Source: Neoconidiobolus thromboides FSU 785
Lineage: Eukaryota > Fungi > Entomophthoromycota
NCBI GenBank assembly: GCA_025603075.1
Contig: MU626307.1
Coordinates: 56,901 to 120,900 of the forward strand
Length of the DNA: 64,000 bases
Reading direction: 5' to 3'
Made by a program: the position numbers and the translations under genes
Notes under the pieces: generated by a model
Seen by the model: only the letters and a program-made list of their open reading frames with translations
Databases searched by the model: none
Told to the model about the DNA's origin: nothing
In this document: positions 1-13,605 of the stretch, in pieces
How positions within the stretch are numbered: position 1 is the first letter of the stretch
Layout of the letters: each line of letters opens with the position of its first letter

Positions 1-1422
1 ATGATTATAAAAAATTAAAATATTAGTAAAGCTTAAACATCCAACCATTAATATTACCTCATGTTTCTTTACATTATCTCTAATTGCTGGATCATCATAT
101 TTAATAGCAACTCTTTTCTTACATATGCTCATACGCTTTTTTAATACCTCTTCTTGCATATGTATCGCTTCTTCTCTTTTTTCTTCTCTAGCGATACTAC
201 TATCAACAAGAGATAATAGTTTGTTCAAGTTATAACGCAAATGGTTCAATTTGTTAATATAGAAGGTATCAGTCGCACGCGTACGCCTCTGAAGTTTAAT
301 TTCCCTTCTTCTAAAACAAAGATATGGATCATTTTCTGCTTTGATACTACGATCCAGCTAAATTAAATTAATTTATTAGTTTCTTAGATCTTAAACACAA
401 CTCACCCTCAAACGGGGCATGATGGTGTCACTATTATTCATTTTCTTGCGGCGGTTTATCCAATGTTGTAAAATTGCATTGAACTGCTTTTCAATAGATT
501 TACTTCTAGAAAAGGTTGTCTTTAATGTAACAAGTATATCATCAGGAATTTTAACGTTTTCTTCTTTCTATAGAAATGGTTTATGATTTAAAACAAAAAC
601 ATTTTATAAACAACTTACTGGATCGATTCTACCATCTGCCACTGCATCTTCTAATAGTTTTAAAATTTCTTCAAATCTAGACTCGTTTATTTTTTTCACC
701 GTTTGGTCTGAATATGTTTTGATGAAATTGTAATCTTCTTCATCCATGCAATAACTGATCCCAATAGAAGTATCATAATACTCTGTATACTTTATGTACT
801 CTTGAGGCTGTTGAAAATCAGGTTGATAAAATACCGAGTAATCATCTACCAATTTCGATGCATCTGGTGTTGGTATATAATTTGAAGCAACATGACCACC
901 TGTATAAGCAGCTTGTGCCGACTTTATTGCAGCTTGTAAATGATGTTCCTAAAATAATTCAATTAGACACGTAGACAAAAACTCGAATTTGATAGAAATT
1001 GTTAAAAAATAAATAGTTAAATTTGATTGGCTAAAGCATAAAATTATGTAAAGCTGAAGTCACTTAGAATTAGTCAATTTCAGCCAATTAACTTGCGACA
1101 AACATAGAGAACAAATGGCTGGAATTATTATTATGGAATATAGTGATAATATGTGATAAAATACACAAAACTCATATAAAATCCATTAAAGCGTTGACAA
1201 AAAGGTAACAAAGTGGTATAAATAATGGATAAAAAAGAATAAAAAGGATAAAAAAATAAACGATATTACCTCTTCTTCTTCTTTTTCAACTCCTGTCTCA
1301 ATTTGAACTGCACTTCGTTGAGAAGTGAGCGCTTCAATATCTGGAGCATCTTCAGTCTTGATTAAAGGTAGGGCTTTTTTGATATCTACCTTTCGGCTTC
1401 TAAAGTTCATTCTTGTGCTCAT
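1..1422 (-). CDS. EPL1: Enhancer of polycomb-like protein (NuA4 subunit), multi-exon, 3' part runs off the left edge of the window
   Basis: Spliced reading gives MSTRMNFRSRKVDIKKALPL...GVEKEEE|EHHLQAAIKSAQAA...IPTPDAS and DPYLCFRRRE, characteristic EPL1/EPC motifs; GT-AG introns restore frame. Confidence 0.9.
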
Positions 1423-2441
1423 TGTTTATACCTTGTCAAATAAACTAGATCTTTTGCTCAATATACGCTCCTACTAACCTACTTTTATATATAAACTACA
1501 CTTAATATTGAATATATATAAAATTCTTTTTAAACAACAACCCCAGTATCTATAGGGGATCAATGCGTATAACACAAACTACTACTCTGATTGGATACTT
1601 TAACTTATTATTGATTCTCATTTGCTAATTAAGGATCAAACTGCATCTCTAATTGGTAGCTAAGCTTTTCAAAAAATCAATTGGCTAATTAGTGATTTCT
1701 TTCTCCTTATTATTCCCTTTTATCATCTCTCATTTGGCAATTTCGACCCATTAACAAAATGTTTGGTTGATAAAATGAACAATCCATTTAATTGGCCGCT
1801 AATTAGCTGATTTCAGCAATTTAACCTTAGGTAAATTTAGATAAACCTTTAAAGTTTAAATAACCTGTGTTAAATATAATGAGGAACATTATTAGTACAA
1901 ATTTCTATGAAAAATAAAACTTAATGCTTTAAGCTTTTTGTCTTATAAGATATAGTTAACAGTTAATACTTGTAATTTTACTGAGTTTTATTCTTTTTGA
2001 GACCTGTTATTGTAACATTTGTTCTAAATCCCTGTAATTAAACCAAACAAACATAAGACTCACTTTTAAATTATTTTATTGTTTTAGCCAATAATTTTCA
2101 TACAAAACTGTATTGAAGAAACGTTTGTTAAAAATAATCATTCATAATCATTTAGTATTATATAATATGGTTTGAATAGCTTGAATTAATTCATGATTTG
2201 ACTTTTTTAAAAATTAAAACTCAAGATTTTATAAATGTTACAGTTTAGTCAAATCACTATTATATAGTTAAATCAACTATGACGTTATACAAAAATATAA
2301 TCAGAGCTCATAATATTCTAATACAATCCTTAATACTGAGCAATAAATGAAGTAAGAAGATTTAAAAAAAGCTTGAAAATATATAATTTTATATTTTGAA
2401 ATAAGTATGAAAAATCTATAGAGCTGTGGTTATGAACGAAA

Positions 2442-4538
2442 TTAATTTTTAGCGGCAGGGATCTTGTTAGAAAACTTTTTAAATTTGGCTACATAGAATC
2501 CATCCATATTGTGAGTGTGAGGATAATACCTTTTAGTTAAATTCAGAGTAGGATGAAATTTCTTTTCATTGAAACTAAAAAATAAATAAGTTATAATATA
2601 TAATTATATATATGTTACCTTGTAAATCCATCAACTCCAAAAGTAAGTCCAGTATCAACTAACTTTACATTTCCACGCTTCATAAGTGCATAATTAACAA
2701 CAGATTCATTTTCTTCAACAGTAACTGAACAAGTTGAATAAACTAAATATCCACCTGTTTTAGAGTTAGCATCAATGGAGTCAATAGCTGCTAAAATTAG
2801 TTCTTTCTGTAACTTAGATAACATGGCGAAATCTTTTTCACTCTAATTTTATTATAAGTAACAAATAAATATACATATATTAACTTACCCTGCTTAATTT
2901 GACAGAGGGATCCTTAGATATAACACCAGTACCTGAACAAGGAGCATCTAATAAAATACGATCAAATCCTCCAATTACTTTTGGAAACATTCTGCCATCG
3001 TAATTGCATACTACTGAGTTTTTAACACCTAAATTGTATCATGTTAAGTTATTTGAAAGCCACATTATGAGAAAGAAATTACCTAATCTATGGATATTAG
3101 CTTTAAGAGATTTGGTACGATCTTTAGTAGAATCATTGGCAAATATACAACCAGTGTTTTTCATTAAAGCGGCCATATATGTAGTTTTTCCACCTGGAGC
3201 TGAACACATATCCAAAACAAATTCACTGGGTTGAGGATTTAAAGCAACAACTGGAAGCATAGAAGAAGCAGCTTGGAGCATATAATGACCGGCTAAATAC
3301 TCTGGGGTAGCACCCACTGGGACATTTGAGTCGAAAACTTGTAAACCTACTTTACTCCATTTCCCTAATGGGTCAACATTAATACCTCTACCAATTAATG
3401 CCTGCGCTAAATCTCTACGACGAGTTTTTAAAGTATTGGTACGAATAGTTACTGGACGTGGCACTTCATTTGCTTCAAAGAAATCAATGGCTTCAGATAC
3501 AGGGAATAATCCAATTAATTTATTCGTTAGTTCTATGGAATATCCATAGTATAATGATATATCTCGAACTAATTGATCAATATAATCACTACGATACTTA
3601 TTAGGATCTCTTTGATGCTTAAAATCATTCAATACACGAACAATTTCTTGTATTCTTATTTTAACATCTGCTAAATCTGGAACCTCTTGTTTTTCTTGTT
3701 CAATTTGCTCTTCATCAGGTAATTGGAACCTATCCTCTTCTTCTAATTCTTCTCTCACTTTTGCATCCTCTATTTCCTCTTCATTTAATTTTTCATCTTC
3801 TTCTTGTTTTTTGTTTAGTTTTATCGCCTCTTTCTCAAACTCTGTTAACTAGAAAATATACTTGTTCAAATAATAGAAATAATGATAGCTTTATAAATTA
3901 CCTTTTCTTCGTCTTCGTCTTCCTCTTCCTCTTCCTCATCCTCTTCTTGTTTCTCTAATTCATCTTTGTTATCGAATTCATCATCCTAAGGTAAAATTAT
4001 AAGCCATTTGCATTCAATGTTAAGAGATAATACTAACAGGTAGATCTAATTCTTCGGAATCATCAGAGTCATAAGTCTTTCTTTCAACGATGTTATTAAG
4101 CTTAGGTTTCAACCATTTATTATTATCATCACTGAATCCAACAGTCCTAACGAAGAAAATTAATATGTTATTATGTATAGCCATCTAAAACTATACCCTT
4201 TACGTTTTAATTCTGGGTCTTCTTCGTCACTTGAGTCAAATAAATCGCTAAAAATAAGGTTAAAAAGAGAAAGAAAGCTAGGATTTAAATTACTTTTGTG
4301 GCAAAGCTTCTTCTTTTTCAACATCATAATCAAATAAGTCTACTTCTTCATCACTATCTTCATTCTTTTTGACTTTATTCTTCTTTTCTTGAGCTACTTT
4401 TTCTTTTTTTTCTTGCTTTGCTTTTGGTTCTTTCTTTTTATTACTCTTGATCTTTTCTTTCTTTTCTACTTCTAGGATCTTTGGTTTTGGATCTGGCTGA
4501 TGCTTTAACTTTCTTTTCTTTCCTGCTATTTTGGCCAT
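2442..4538 (-). CDS. NOP2: 25S rRNA m5C methyltransferase Nop2, multi-exon
   Basis: Motifs [61 protein letters not shown]; acidic/Lys-rich N-terminus. Confidence 0.95.
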
Positions 4539-5330
4539 ATTTATTTAAAAATGAATTTTTTATTATTTCAAAATTGGAATCGAATTATTTTAAGTTAGAG
4601 TTGGGATCGTATTTTGGGATTTAAATAAAAATTCTTTAAACTAATGTTACTAAATCTAAGCAATATCAAATAAGATTTATACATAGTTGTTGAATTAGAA
4701 CAAAATTCGTAATCTTAATTTATTCCATAGCGTAACTTTTGATTGTTAGGTATCATTTATAAAAGATACATTAATGCTAATAATGCTATTATTATGTGGT
4801 ATTTTTATTACTACTTGTACTATAAAATAAAGTTATGTAAAACTAACAACACACTGATAACACTTGAGCAAGAGATATATGATCCCTTGGTTTTATTAGC
4901 TATAGCTCTATGCTTATTTTAGTATATAAGATATAACCTTGATGAAATAATTTTTATCAAAACAAAGTGCTTATAATTAAGTTTAATATTTATGCTACAT
5001 TATAACATTATAATAAACCTTTATTTTCCTTTTAATTTAATAGTTTTTATAACATTTTAAGTATTAAATGAATATCTACATTGAAAATTTTAAGCTTTTA
5101 ATTTATAAATTTAATATAAACTATTACCATTCGCGATTTAATGTTTTTTATTTAAATTTATTGTAGTGGAAGTATAGCTAAGAATGAAATAGCTGGTTTG
5201 AATTTTTTAGAACAATAACAGAATTCAAATATGTAAATGAATTGTTTAATATTTATAATTTAGCAGATGTCTGATTTATAAACCTTACCTTTATACTTTT
5301 ATAGCAGTAAAATTACTATAAAGATATACA

Positions 5331-5431
5331 TGGGGATGTATTTTTGTGCTTAAGAATTTTACTAACAGACTTTCCGCTTAAATAGCGCTCAAAAAATCGA
5401 AAAAATAATGAAGTCAGAAAAAACACTCTCA
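5331..5431 (+). mobile_element. ~100-bp MITE-like element, copy 1
   Basis: TGGGGATGTATTTTTG...TTTTACTAAC...AAATAGCGCT...AAAACACTCTCA; flanked by CA/CA. Confidence 0.8.
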
Positions 5432-6592
5432 CATGTTAATTTCAAACATCTGATGATAATTTCTCAATAAATAAAACATCATAGATTTAGCAACTATTCA
5501 AAAGTTCTAATACTTTATTTTATATACTAATTGTTTTTGGAGTTGTAGAGTATTAGACCAAATATGCTTGTCATTATTTTAAAATCGAATAAAAGGTTTT
5601 AATAATCTAAAACTGTGTTTATTGCTTATTTATTACAATTGTTTCTAAAAATTATAAACCCATTTAAATTAAATTCACATCAATATCTTTATAGTCATAT
5701 TTACTAATATCATAAACATTATATCGTTTATAATGTTTTCAACAAAATGCCTATTATTTTATTATTATGACCCTAAAAATTGTTCTTATAAAAACAACAA
5801 AAAGTTAAATTTGATAAGTTAGTAATAATAACTATCAAAATTAGGAGTAAAATAATTAATAATTAATGTGTTAGTAGTAGTATGCTAGTAAAAATCATTA
5901 AATGTTATCAGTGATATACTAATAGTTTTTTATAGAAGGCACTTCGTCCTTTAAAAGTTCATTAATCATGCTAGATTCTTATTGTGATTAAGATGAAATC
6001 TATATAATATTATATAAGCTTAATAAAAACAAGAATAAACTTCATTGTATAAATTATAATGTTATTCAAACTAATTTTATTAGATAAGATAGTAAAAAAA
6101 AATTTTTTAAATATGTACTACTATCGTTTTTAAATTTTAACAACTATTGCTCTTGAAAACAAGTCAAGAAATAATTTTGTAAAATGTTTAATTTAAGCAA
6201 TACAGAATTTACTCAAGTCCAATGTTTTTATTATTTATTCGATAAACTATATAAACACTACAATGTTTTTAGATAACGAAAATCCTAAAAATTTACTTTT
6301 TCAATTCTACCAAAGTAAAAGTTAAAAATTTGCCATTTTTAGTTTAATAAGATCTGAATTTAAAACCAGCAAACCTTGAAGGTATGCAGCATGATTGGCT
6401 ATTTTTCTTAATGATATTCAAAGTCTGTCAGCGATCAAAAATAACTTTAATAAATACAAAATTAAAGAAGTAATAAGTGACTGCTTTTTTAAAAAACTTA
6501 AATATTTGTTACTTCAAAGTACAAGTTGATAGTTATAATAGTTATATAATTTTAATTTTTATAGAGTTTATTTGTTTTTAGTTTATAAACAT

Positions 6593-9500
6593 ATGAAATT
6601 ATCCAAACTTTCTTTTTTCATTGTGCAGGTCACATGGATTATCGCTAGAAAAAGTTACAATGATGGCGATGACTGCCCAGCTTCAGGAGAAAAATGTGCT
6701 TATGATGGGGGCTCTTACCAACTAAGGGACTATGGCACCCCTCCATGCTGGAGCGCTGTCGATAAAGAATGGAAGTGCAAACCTAGAGTAAATGAATCGA
6801 ACTGTCCAGAGGGATTTATAGATGTTGAAGACACATGTGGTTTTGATCCTCTTCCTCCACCACAATGTCCTTTACCTGATGATAATTGCAAATTGGAAGG
6901 CAACATATTTATTGCCAAAAATGCAAGTAAGAAAGAAGACGATTTCCCTTACTGTTGGAATAAAAATCCTGATAATACATGGTCCTGTAAAAGTAGCTCG
7001 GCAGAATGCGATATCAATGGCAAGGATTTAAGAGAATGTTTCAAACTAAAACCTGTTTGTCCAAAACTCCCAACAGAAACATGTCGCTTTGGTTTAACGC
7101 TAGACGTGCCAGCGAGTGGACCATATATCAACAATGCAGTATGCTGGAGCAAGAATTCAAATGGTGAATGGGAATGTAAAAAGAAAGAAGGTTTTGATTG
7201 TGCTCAGTATGAACTAGATATTACAAACTGTTTCAAAAAGAAATTATGTCCCGAAAGAAAAGATCCATGTCTTTATGATGCTAAAGTTTATAAAATTGAT
7301 ACTATAGGTGCACCAAAATGTTGGAGTAAAACTAGCTTTGGTTGGAATTGTAAATTCCCTCCAGCAGGAACCGATACATGTAAAAATGAAGATACTGATA
7401 TCGATACGTGTTTTCCAGAAGATAAAATATCATGCCCTAAATCTTATTATGATGCTTGCAAATCTGGTAACTCGACCTATATTGCTGGCGATGCAGGAGA
7501 TAACGATTGTTGGTCAAAAACCAAAGACGGAGATTGGAGCTGTAGGCCAAAACCAAATAATTCAAGCATTTGTGGTAGAGGTGAAGTTGATGTATCTATT
7601 TGTGGGGTACCTCCATTACCCTCTCCTGATTGTCCAACCAAATACAATGAAACCTGTAGATCGATTGATGACTCAGATGAATTGGCTGGAGAGCCAAATG
7701 AGTTCGTTTGCTGGAAAAAGAACGCTTTAAAAAAGTGGGTATGTTCGCCAAAAACCAATGGAAAAAACACTTGTGAGCCTGGAAATTTAGATATAACCTC
7801 GTGTACTTTAGAACCCCCACCAGTGCCGGAGTGCCCCAAAGATTACTTCACACCATGTAAAGATATCGATAATAAAGAGTTCTTAGCGGGCAAACCATTA
7901 GGCAATGTATGCTGGTATAATTCTGGCTTCAATAGATGGGGTTGTACAGCGAGGTCTAAAGCAACAAATCTATGTGAACACGGCTTATTAGACATTACTA
8001 GATGCAATATTGAACTTCCCACCCCTCCTTCATGCCCATCAGATACTGAAACTACATGTATAACACCGAATGGCATAATAAACAGATCCAATGTCCAAAA
8101 TAACGTATGCTGGTCAATTAAAAACAAGAAATGGCATTGTAATCCAAAACCCAAAGGTAGTGGGAATTGTGATGTAGGTGAGCTTGATATATCCCAATGT
8201 TCTGGTATATCAAAACTACCATTTAATTGCCCAAAAGAATATCAAACTCTTTGTAAAAGCAAGGAGGGTTTTAAGGCTTTTGGTAGAATAAAGCATAACT
8301 TTTGCTGGAAGCAAGACACATCCACTAAATCATGGGAGTGCCAAACTAAAGTAAATGGTACATGTAAAGAAGGTTTTCTCGATATACAGCTATGTTCTAA
8401 ACCAGAAATTCCTGCTTTTAACAAAATGTGCCCTTCAAAGTATGAAACTTACTGTAAATCTAAAGACGGTTATAAAATGGCAGGAGAGGAAACAAAAGAC
8501 ATATGCTGGGAAATCGATAGTAATGGAGATTATATTTGCGAGGGTTTATTAGAAAATACGAATAGATGTAAACCATTAAAAATCAACATTTTAGCATGTA
8601 GTTTGCTCCCTCCAAGCCCACCAAAGTGCCCAACAAAGTCAACCGATTATTGTATGGCTGGAGGGCGTAAAATTATAGCTGGAGAAGTTAAAATTAATTC
8701 TTGTTGGGGTATTAGTCCTTCAGGAGGATATTACTGTATTCCTAAAGAATCCAATGGAACTTGTAAACCAAGCTTAGTAGACATAGATAAGTGTAATATT
8801 CCTGCTCCTCAACCCACCCCTTGCCCTAAAAGAAATGATAAATGTCATTATCAAGGAAAATCATATGGAATTTATGATGAGTCGACACCAAAATGTTGGG
8901 TGAAAGATCAAGAGAAATGGGAGTGTGAGCCTATTTTTTCCCAATCAGCAAAATGCCCAGGTAATGCTGTTGATATTAGCAAATGCTTTCCTCCACTGCC
9001 AAAATGCCCTGCCTCCTTTACCAGTGTATGTCAAGCTCCAAATTCTGAGCAAAAAATTATGGCTGGGAAACCTGGCAATAATGTTTGCTGGAATAAAAAT
9101 AAGCAAGGAGATTGGGAGTGCTACCCAATGGATATTGGTGAGAAATATTGCAGTCCAGGATTTCTAGATGTCACTACATGTTCATTACCTTACCCAAAAG
9201 TTCCATCATGTCCAAAGAGTTATACAGATGTAAGTTTTAGTGACAAGAAACTCGTCCTAGCTGGTGAGCCTGGAATAAATGTATGTTGGTCTTTCCAAGG
9301 AAATAATAGATGGATTAGTTCACCAAGGCCAAACAAATATTTGGCATGTAAACCAGGTGACTTAGATATCACTACATGTAACTTTGTTAAACCAAACCCT
9401 CCACCATGTCCAGAAAAATATCAAACGCGCTGCACTAAGGGAAGTGATTCAATTTTAGCAGGTAAACCTGGAAAGAATGTATGCTGGAGATATAATGGAA

Positions 9501-10165
9501 AATCGTGGGATTGTAATCCTAAGGAAGAAAGTCTTGAAGAGTGTAGATATAATGAAATAAATGTTAATAAATGTAGTTTGGAAGCTCCAGAAACCCCAAG
9601 CTGTCCTAAGGATTATTTAACAGAATGTGAAGATAGTGAGGGTAAAAAACATACTATTAGTAACCCTGGAGGAAAAATATGTTGGTTTTATGATTTTTCA
9701 GATGGATTTAATTGGAAATGCTCTTCGCCTTTGAGCAAAGGTAAAGTTGGATGCAATGATAATCAATTAGATATCAGCAAATGTGAGATTAAGAAGCCCG
9801 CTACTCCAGAATGTCCACCTATTTCAGCAGTTTGTAAGATGAATAACAAAGTTTATGAACTCAAAGATTCTAAGTCACCATCTTGTTGGAAGCCCGGTTA
9901 TGTAGGATATGATTGTATTAATAAGGTGGAAGGCAATCCAGCTGAAGTATGCCCATTGGGCTACGTTAATAAAGATATATGTAAATATGAGGTACCGGAA
10001 TGTCCTCCCAAAACCTCTATTTGTCGTTCTGAATACAGTATTCATAAATTTAGTGATGAAAGTACTCCTAACTGCTGGTCAAAGTTCAACTACGAATGGA
10101 AATGTATGAAGCCTGAACATGGTGATAAGTGTCCTATCAATTCTATTGACATTAAAAAATGCTAA
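6593..10165 (+). CDS. Secreted cysteine-rich protein with 18 tandem ~66-aa 6-Cys repeats (unknown family), intronless
   Basis: 3.57-kb open frame in AT-rich DNA; ATG 6593 begins MKLSKLSFFIVQVTWIIA (signal-peptide-like); 18 CW motifs counted, each in a CP..C..CW..W.C..C..DI..C unit. Confidence 0.9.
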   Translation: MKLSKLSFFIVQVTWIIARKSYNDGDDCPASGEKCAYDGGSYQLRDYGTPPCWSAVDKEWKCKPRVNESNCPEGFIDVEDTCGFDPLPPPQCPLPDDNCKLEGNIFIAKNASKKEDDFPYCWNKNPDNTWSCKSSSAECDINGKDLRECFKLKPVCPKLPTETCRFGLTLDVPASGPYINNAVCWSKNSNGEWECKKKEGFDCAQYELDITNCFKKKLCPERKDPCLYDAKVYKIDTIGAPKCWSKTSFGWNCKFPPAGTDTCKNEDTDIDTCFPEDKISCPKSYYDACKSGNSTYIAGDAGDNDCWSKTKDGDWSCRPKPNNSSICGRGEVDVSICGVPPLPSPDCPTKYNETCRSIDDSDELAGEPNEFVCWKKNALKKWVCSPKTNGKNTCEPGNLDITSCTLEPPPVPECPKDYFTPCKDIDNKEFLAGKPLGNVCWYNSGFNRWGCTARSKATNLCEHGLLDITRCNIELPTPPSCPSDTETTCITPNGIINRSNVQNNVCWSIKNKKWHCNPKPKGSGNCDVGELDISQCSGISKLPFNCPKEYQTLCKSKEGFKAFGRIKHNFCWKQDTSTKSWECQTKVNGTCKEGFLDIQLCSKPEIPAFNKMCPSKYETYCKSKDGYKMAGEETKDICWEIDSNGDYICEGLLENTNRCKPLKINILACSLLPPSPPKCPTKSTDYCMAGGRKIIAGEVKINSCWGISPSGGYYCIPKESNGTCKPSLVDIDKCNIPAPQPTPCPKRNDKCHYQGKSYGIYDESTPKCWVKDQEKWECEPIFSQSAKCPGNAVDISKCFPPLPKCPASFTSVCQAPNSEQKIMAGKPGNNVCWNKNKQGDWECYPMDIGEKYCSPGFLDVTTCSLPYPKVPSCPKSYTDVSFSDKKLVLAGEPGINVCWSFQGNNRWISSPRPNKYLACKPGDLDITTCNFVKPNPPPCPEKYQTRCTKGSDSILAGKPGKNVCWRYNGKSWDCNPKEESLEECRYNEINVNKCSLEAPETPSCPKDYLTECEDSEGKKHTISNPGGKICWFYDFSDGFNWKCSSPLSKGKVGCNDNQLDISKCEIKKPATPECPPISAVCKMNNKVYELKDSKSPSCWKPGYVGYDCINKVEGNPAEVCPLGYVNKDICKYEVPECPPKTSICRSEYSIHKFSDESTPNCWSKFNYEWKCMKPEHGDKCPINSIDIKKC

Positions 10166-10418
10166 TTTATTGATTCTTTAAATAAAACAGTTAAACATTT
10201 TATTTAAATTATTTGTAAAATTTAAAATTTCTAGTTAATTTAAAGACTACCTTTTTGTTTATTATATACATTGATATCATTTTCTTTAAAATAAACTATT
10301 CTATATTATAAAATGAATGAAATGAAATAAAATCAACACTCTAAACAAAGAAAATTAAGATGTTGTATTAAAAAATGTATTGTAAATAATACATGTGTAA
10401 ATAAGATACATCCTTTTT

Positions 10419-11271
<853 letters not shown>

Positions 11272-11586
11272 TCCAAATTATTAAAATCGGTTTATTCATC
11301 AAATTAATAAAAAATAAAAGTCTTTTAGGCATAAATTCATTTTAATAAAATTTTGTTCTTTAATCGGTTTAGTATTCCCTAAATTATTGTCTTATGTCTT
11401 TAGGTTAATATGAAATTTATGAGTTAGCTATTATTATATGAATTTATAAAGGGGTGTTAATAATCAATCGACAAAATCATATAAACCAGTATGTATCATA
11501 AATTGTGATATAGCTGTTCAAACGATAAAAGTAAACAAATAGTCAAAATATAATTTTATTTAAATATGCATTTTAAAGTCTTAATC

Positions 11587-12313
11587 TTATACTGGAAGTC
11601 TAAACTTTTGTCCATACATAACCCTAAAAAAGATAAATACCTTAACAAAATTCTATAAAATAAACTTACTTTGTAACATATATATAAAAGAAATCAGCAT
11701 AAAGGGCAGTCTGAACAATACCTGCAATAACAGTGTAAGGATGAAAAATATTTTCAGTGTTGTAGCGATAGATCCAATTAATTATATAAAGTCCACGATA
11801 AGCTCCTAAAGCAAAAAGATAATGTGTAGTAATGTTCTCTGCCTCTCCTTTACGAGTTAACATAAATAATTGTGGAAAAATAGCTACCGCTTCTAAATAA
11901 ATAGAAAATGTCCATATAATCTAAAACTATAAGTGATATTAAAATTTTACAGTAATCATTACCTCATAAACCTCAAATTTTTCATGAAACAATAAAGCCA
12001 AGATGGCTGCCCCAACGGCCAAATATTCGGCACGAAATAAGTCGTCTCCTTTATTATAGGTAGGCTTCAACTTATATTGCATAAGATATACGACATAAGC
12101 TGATGATGCTATGAAAAAGAGACGCATAACAACAAGATAAAGACTTCCATAGTACCAGAAAAGGTTCAAATAACGGGTACCAAATACAGCCAGATATAAA
12201 ACTTGAGACTTTAAAGAAATACCTGAACAAGAGTTGGTTTGAGTGATCTTTAACAATAAAATTAGGATTGATGCTAAGTGTAGCATATCCCCAAGTAATC
12301 GAAATATATTCAT
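11587..12313 (-). CDS. ERD2: HDEL/KDEL ER lumen protein retaining receptor
   Basis: [63 protein letters not shown]. Confidence 0.95.
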
Positions 12314-12650
12314 TGTGATAAGGATAATCTAATAAAAACAAGTCAAGCAATTTTGTTAAATTTAGTTTTATAGCTCATGTCATCAATATATTTGTTATCT
12401 TTTTATTAGCTCCTTTTAAAGAAACTTTGGTTTTATTGGCTTAGCCTTTTGTTACAAGTCCTTTTTTATTGGCTTTTAGTGAGTCTAAAATGTGATGTAA
12501 CTTTCTTGTCAAAAAACCGAATAAATTTGCCCAAAATTTTATCAAAAACTTAATAACTATTTCATTCAATAAATTAATATAGAAATTGTCGTTTTTAAAT
12601 TCTGTAGCATTATAAATTGAAGTAACATTAATAGAATAATAAATTAAAAA

Positions 12651-13549
12651 ATGTTTAAATGGTTGTTTGTGATATTATGTTTAATAAAGTAATTAAAATC
12701 AATAGCTTTTAATAAAGTACTAATATTGCTAGCTTACATCAGGCAACAAAAACATTTAAAATCGAAGGGAGATTGATTCCATCTGAAGATTTTCCAGGTA
12801 TATTATATACCAATAGCATCAATTTTACGTAATAAGAATTTAGTTTTAGAAACTTTTACTAGTGCTACACAAGCGCTTTTGAATGGGGGGATTATAAGGG
12901 CTAGAATTCAAAACAACGGGAAGTTTATCTTGTAAATTGTTTAGTATCTATTTTAGTTTGAATAATTAATTTGAAAAGATTTGAAGTTCCAGAAGGCAAT
13001 CACACCGTCTCATTTTCAAGCAACGTCTATCAATTCCCATTGGTATTACTTTTCATTTTTTAGCTATGTTTTATAATTATTATTAGTTGAGAGTGAATGT
13101 TGGGCAAAAGGATAGTAAAAAAGTGGTAGTTTTTCCACTAAGGGAAGGTGCTGTACTTGATGCTATCGGCGAAGAAGTTGATTACCCTATAAGAGTTTCC
13201 CCAGTGAGGAAATTTGACTATTTTATGGTAATTTGAAAAAGATAGGAAATGGAAAAATATTAAAATGGATGAAATTATAGAAACGAGAAGAATTTAATAT
13301 TATAAGTTTATTCTCGAACCCCATGCTGTTAATGTCATTGGTCTCTTTGGTATTGGTATTCTTCGGCCCCAAACTTATAGGTTCTCTAGGTAAGTGCTTA
13401 TTCAACTATATTCATTATTATAACCCTTTTTAGATGAAGAAACTTTGAAAGAAGTCCAAGAAAATCATGATAGTTTAACTGGTGGTTTTAATTTAGATAA
13501 ATACCAAAATGCTCCATCTCTATCTGAGAGATTAGCCAAATTCACATAA
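12651..13549 (+). CDS. EMC7: ER membrane protein complex subunit 7-like, multi-exon (missed by the ORF track)
   Basis: Manual splicing gives signal peptide MFKWLFVILCLI, then LLNGGIIRARIQNNGKFIFEVPEGNHTVSF and KREEFNIISLFSNPMLLMSLVSLVLVFFGPKL. Confidence 0.75.
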
Positions 13550-13605
13550 TTTAATGTTAATTACATGAATAAAAATATTAATTTTATTACAAATAATTTG
13601 GTAGA

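Noticed and set aside
6730-10109. Alternative-frame and antisense ORFs inside the Cys-rich gene
   Set aside because: Short shadows of a GC-richer coding region with no motifs; the same applies to 15443-15979, 34922-35330, 57634-57926 and 59247-59483.
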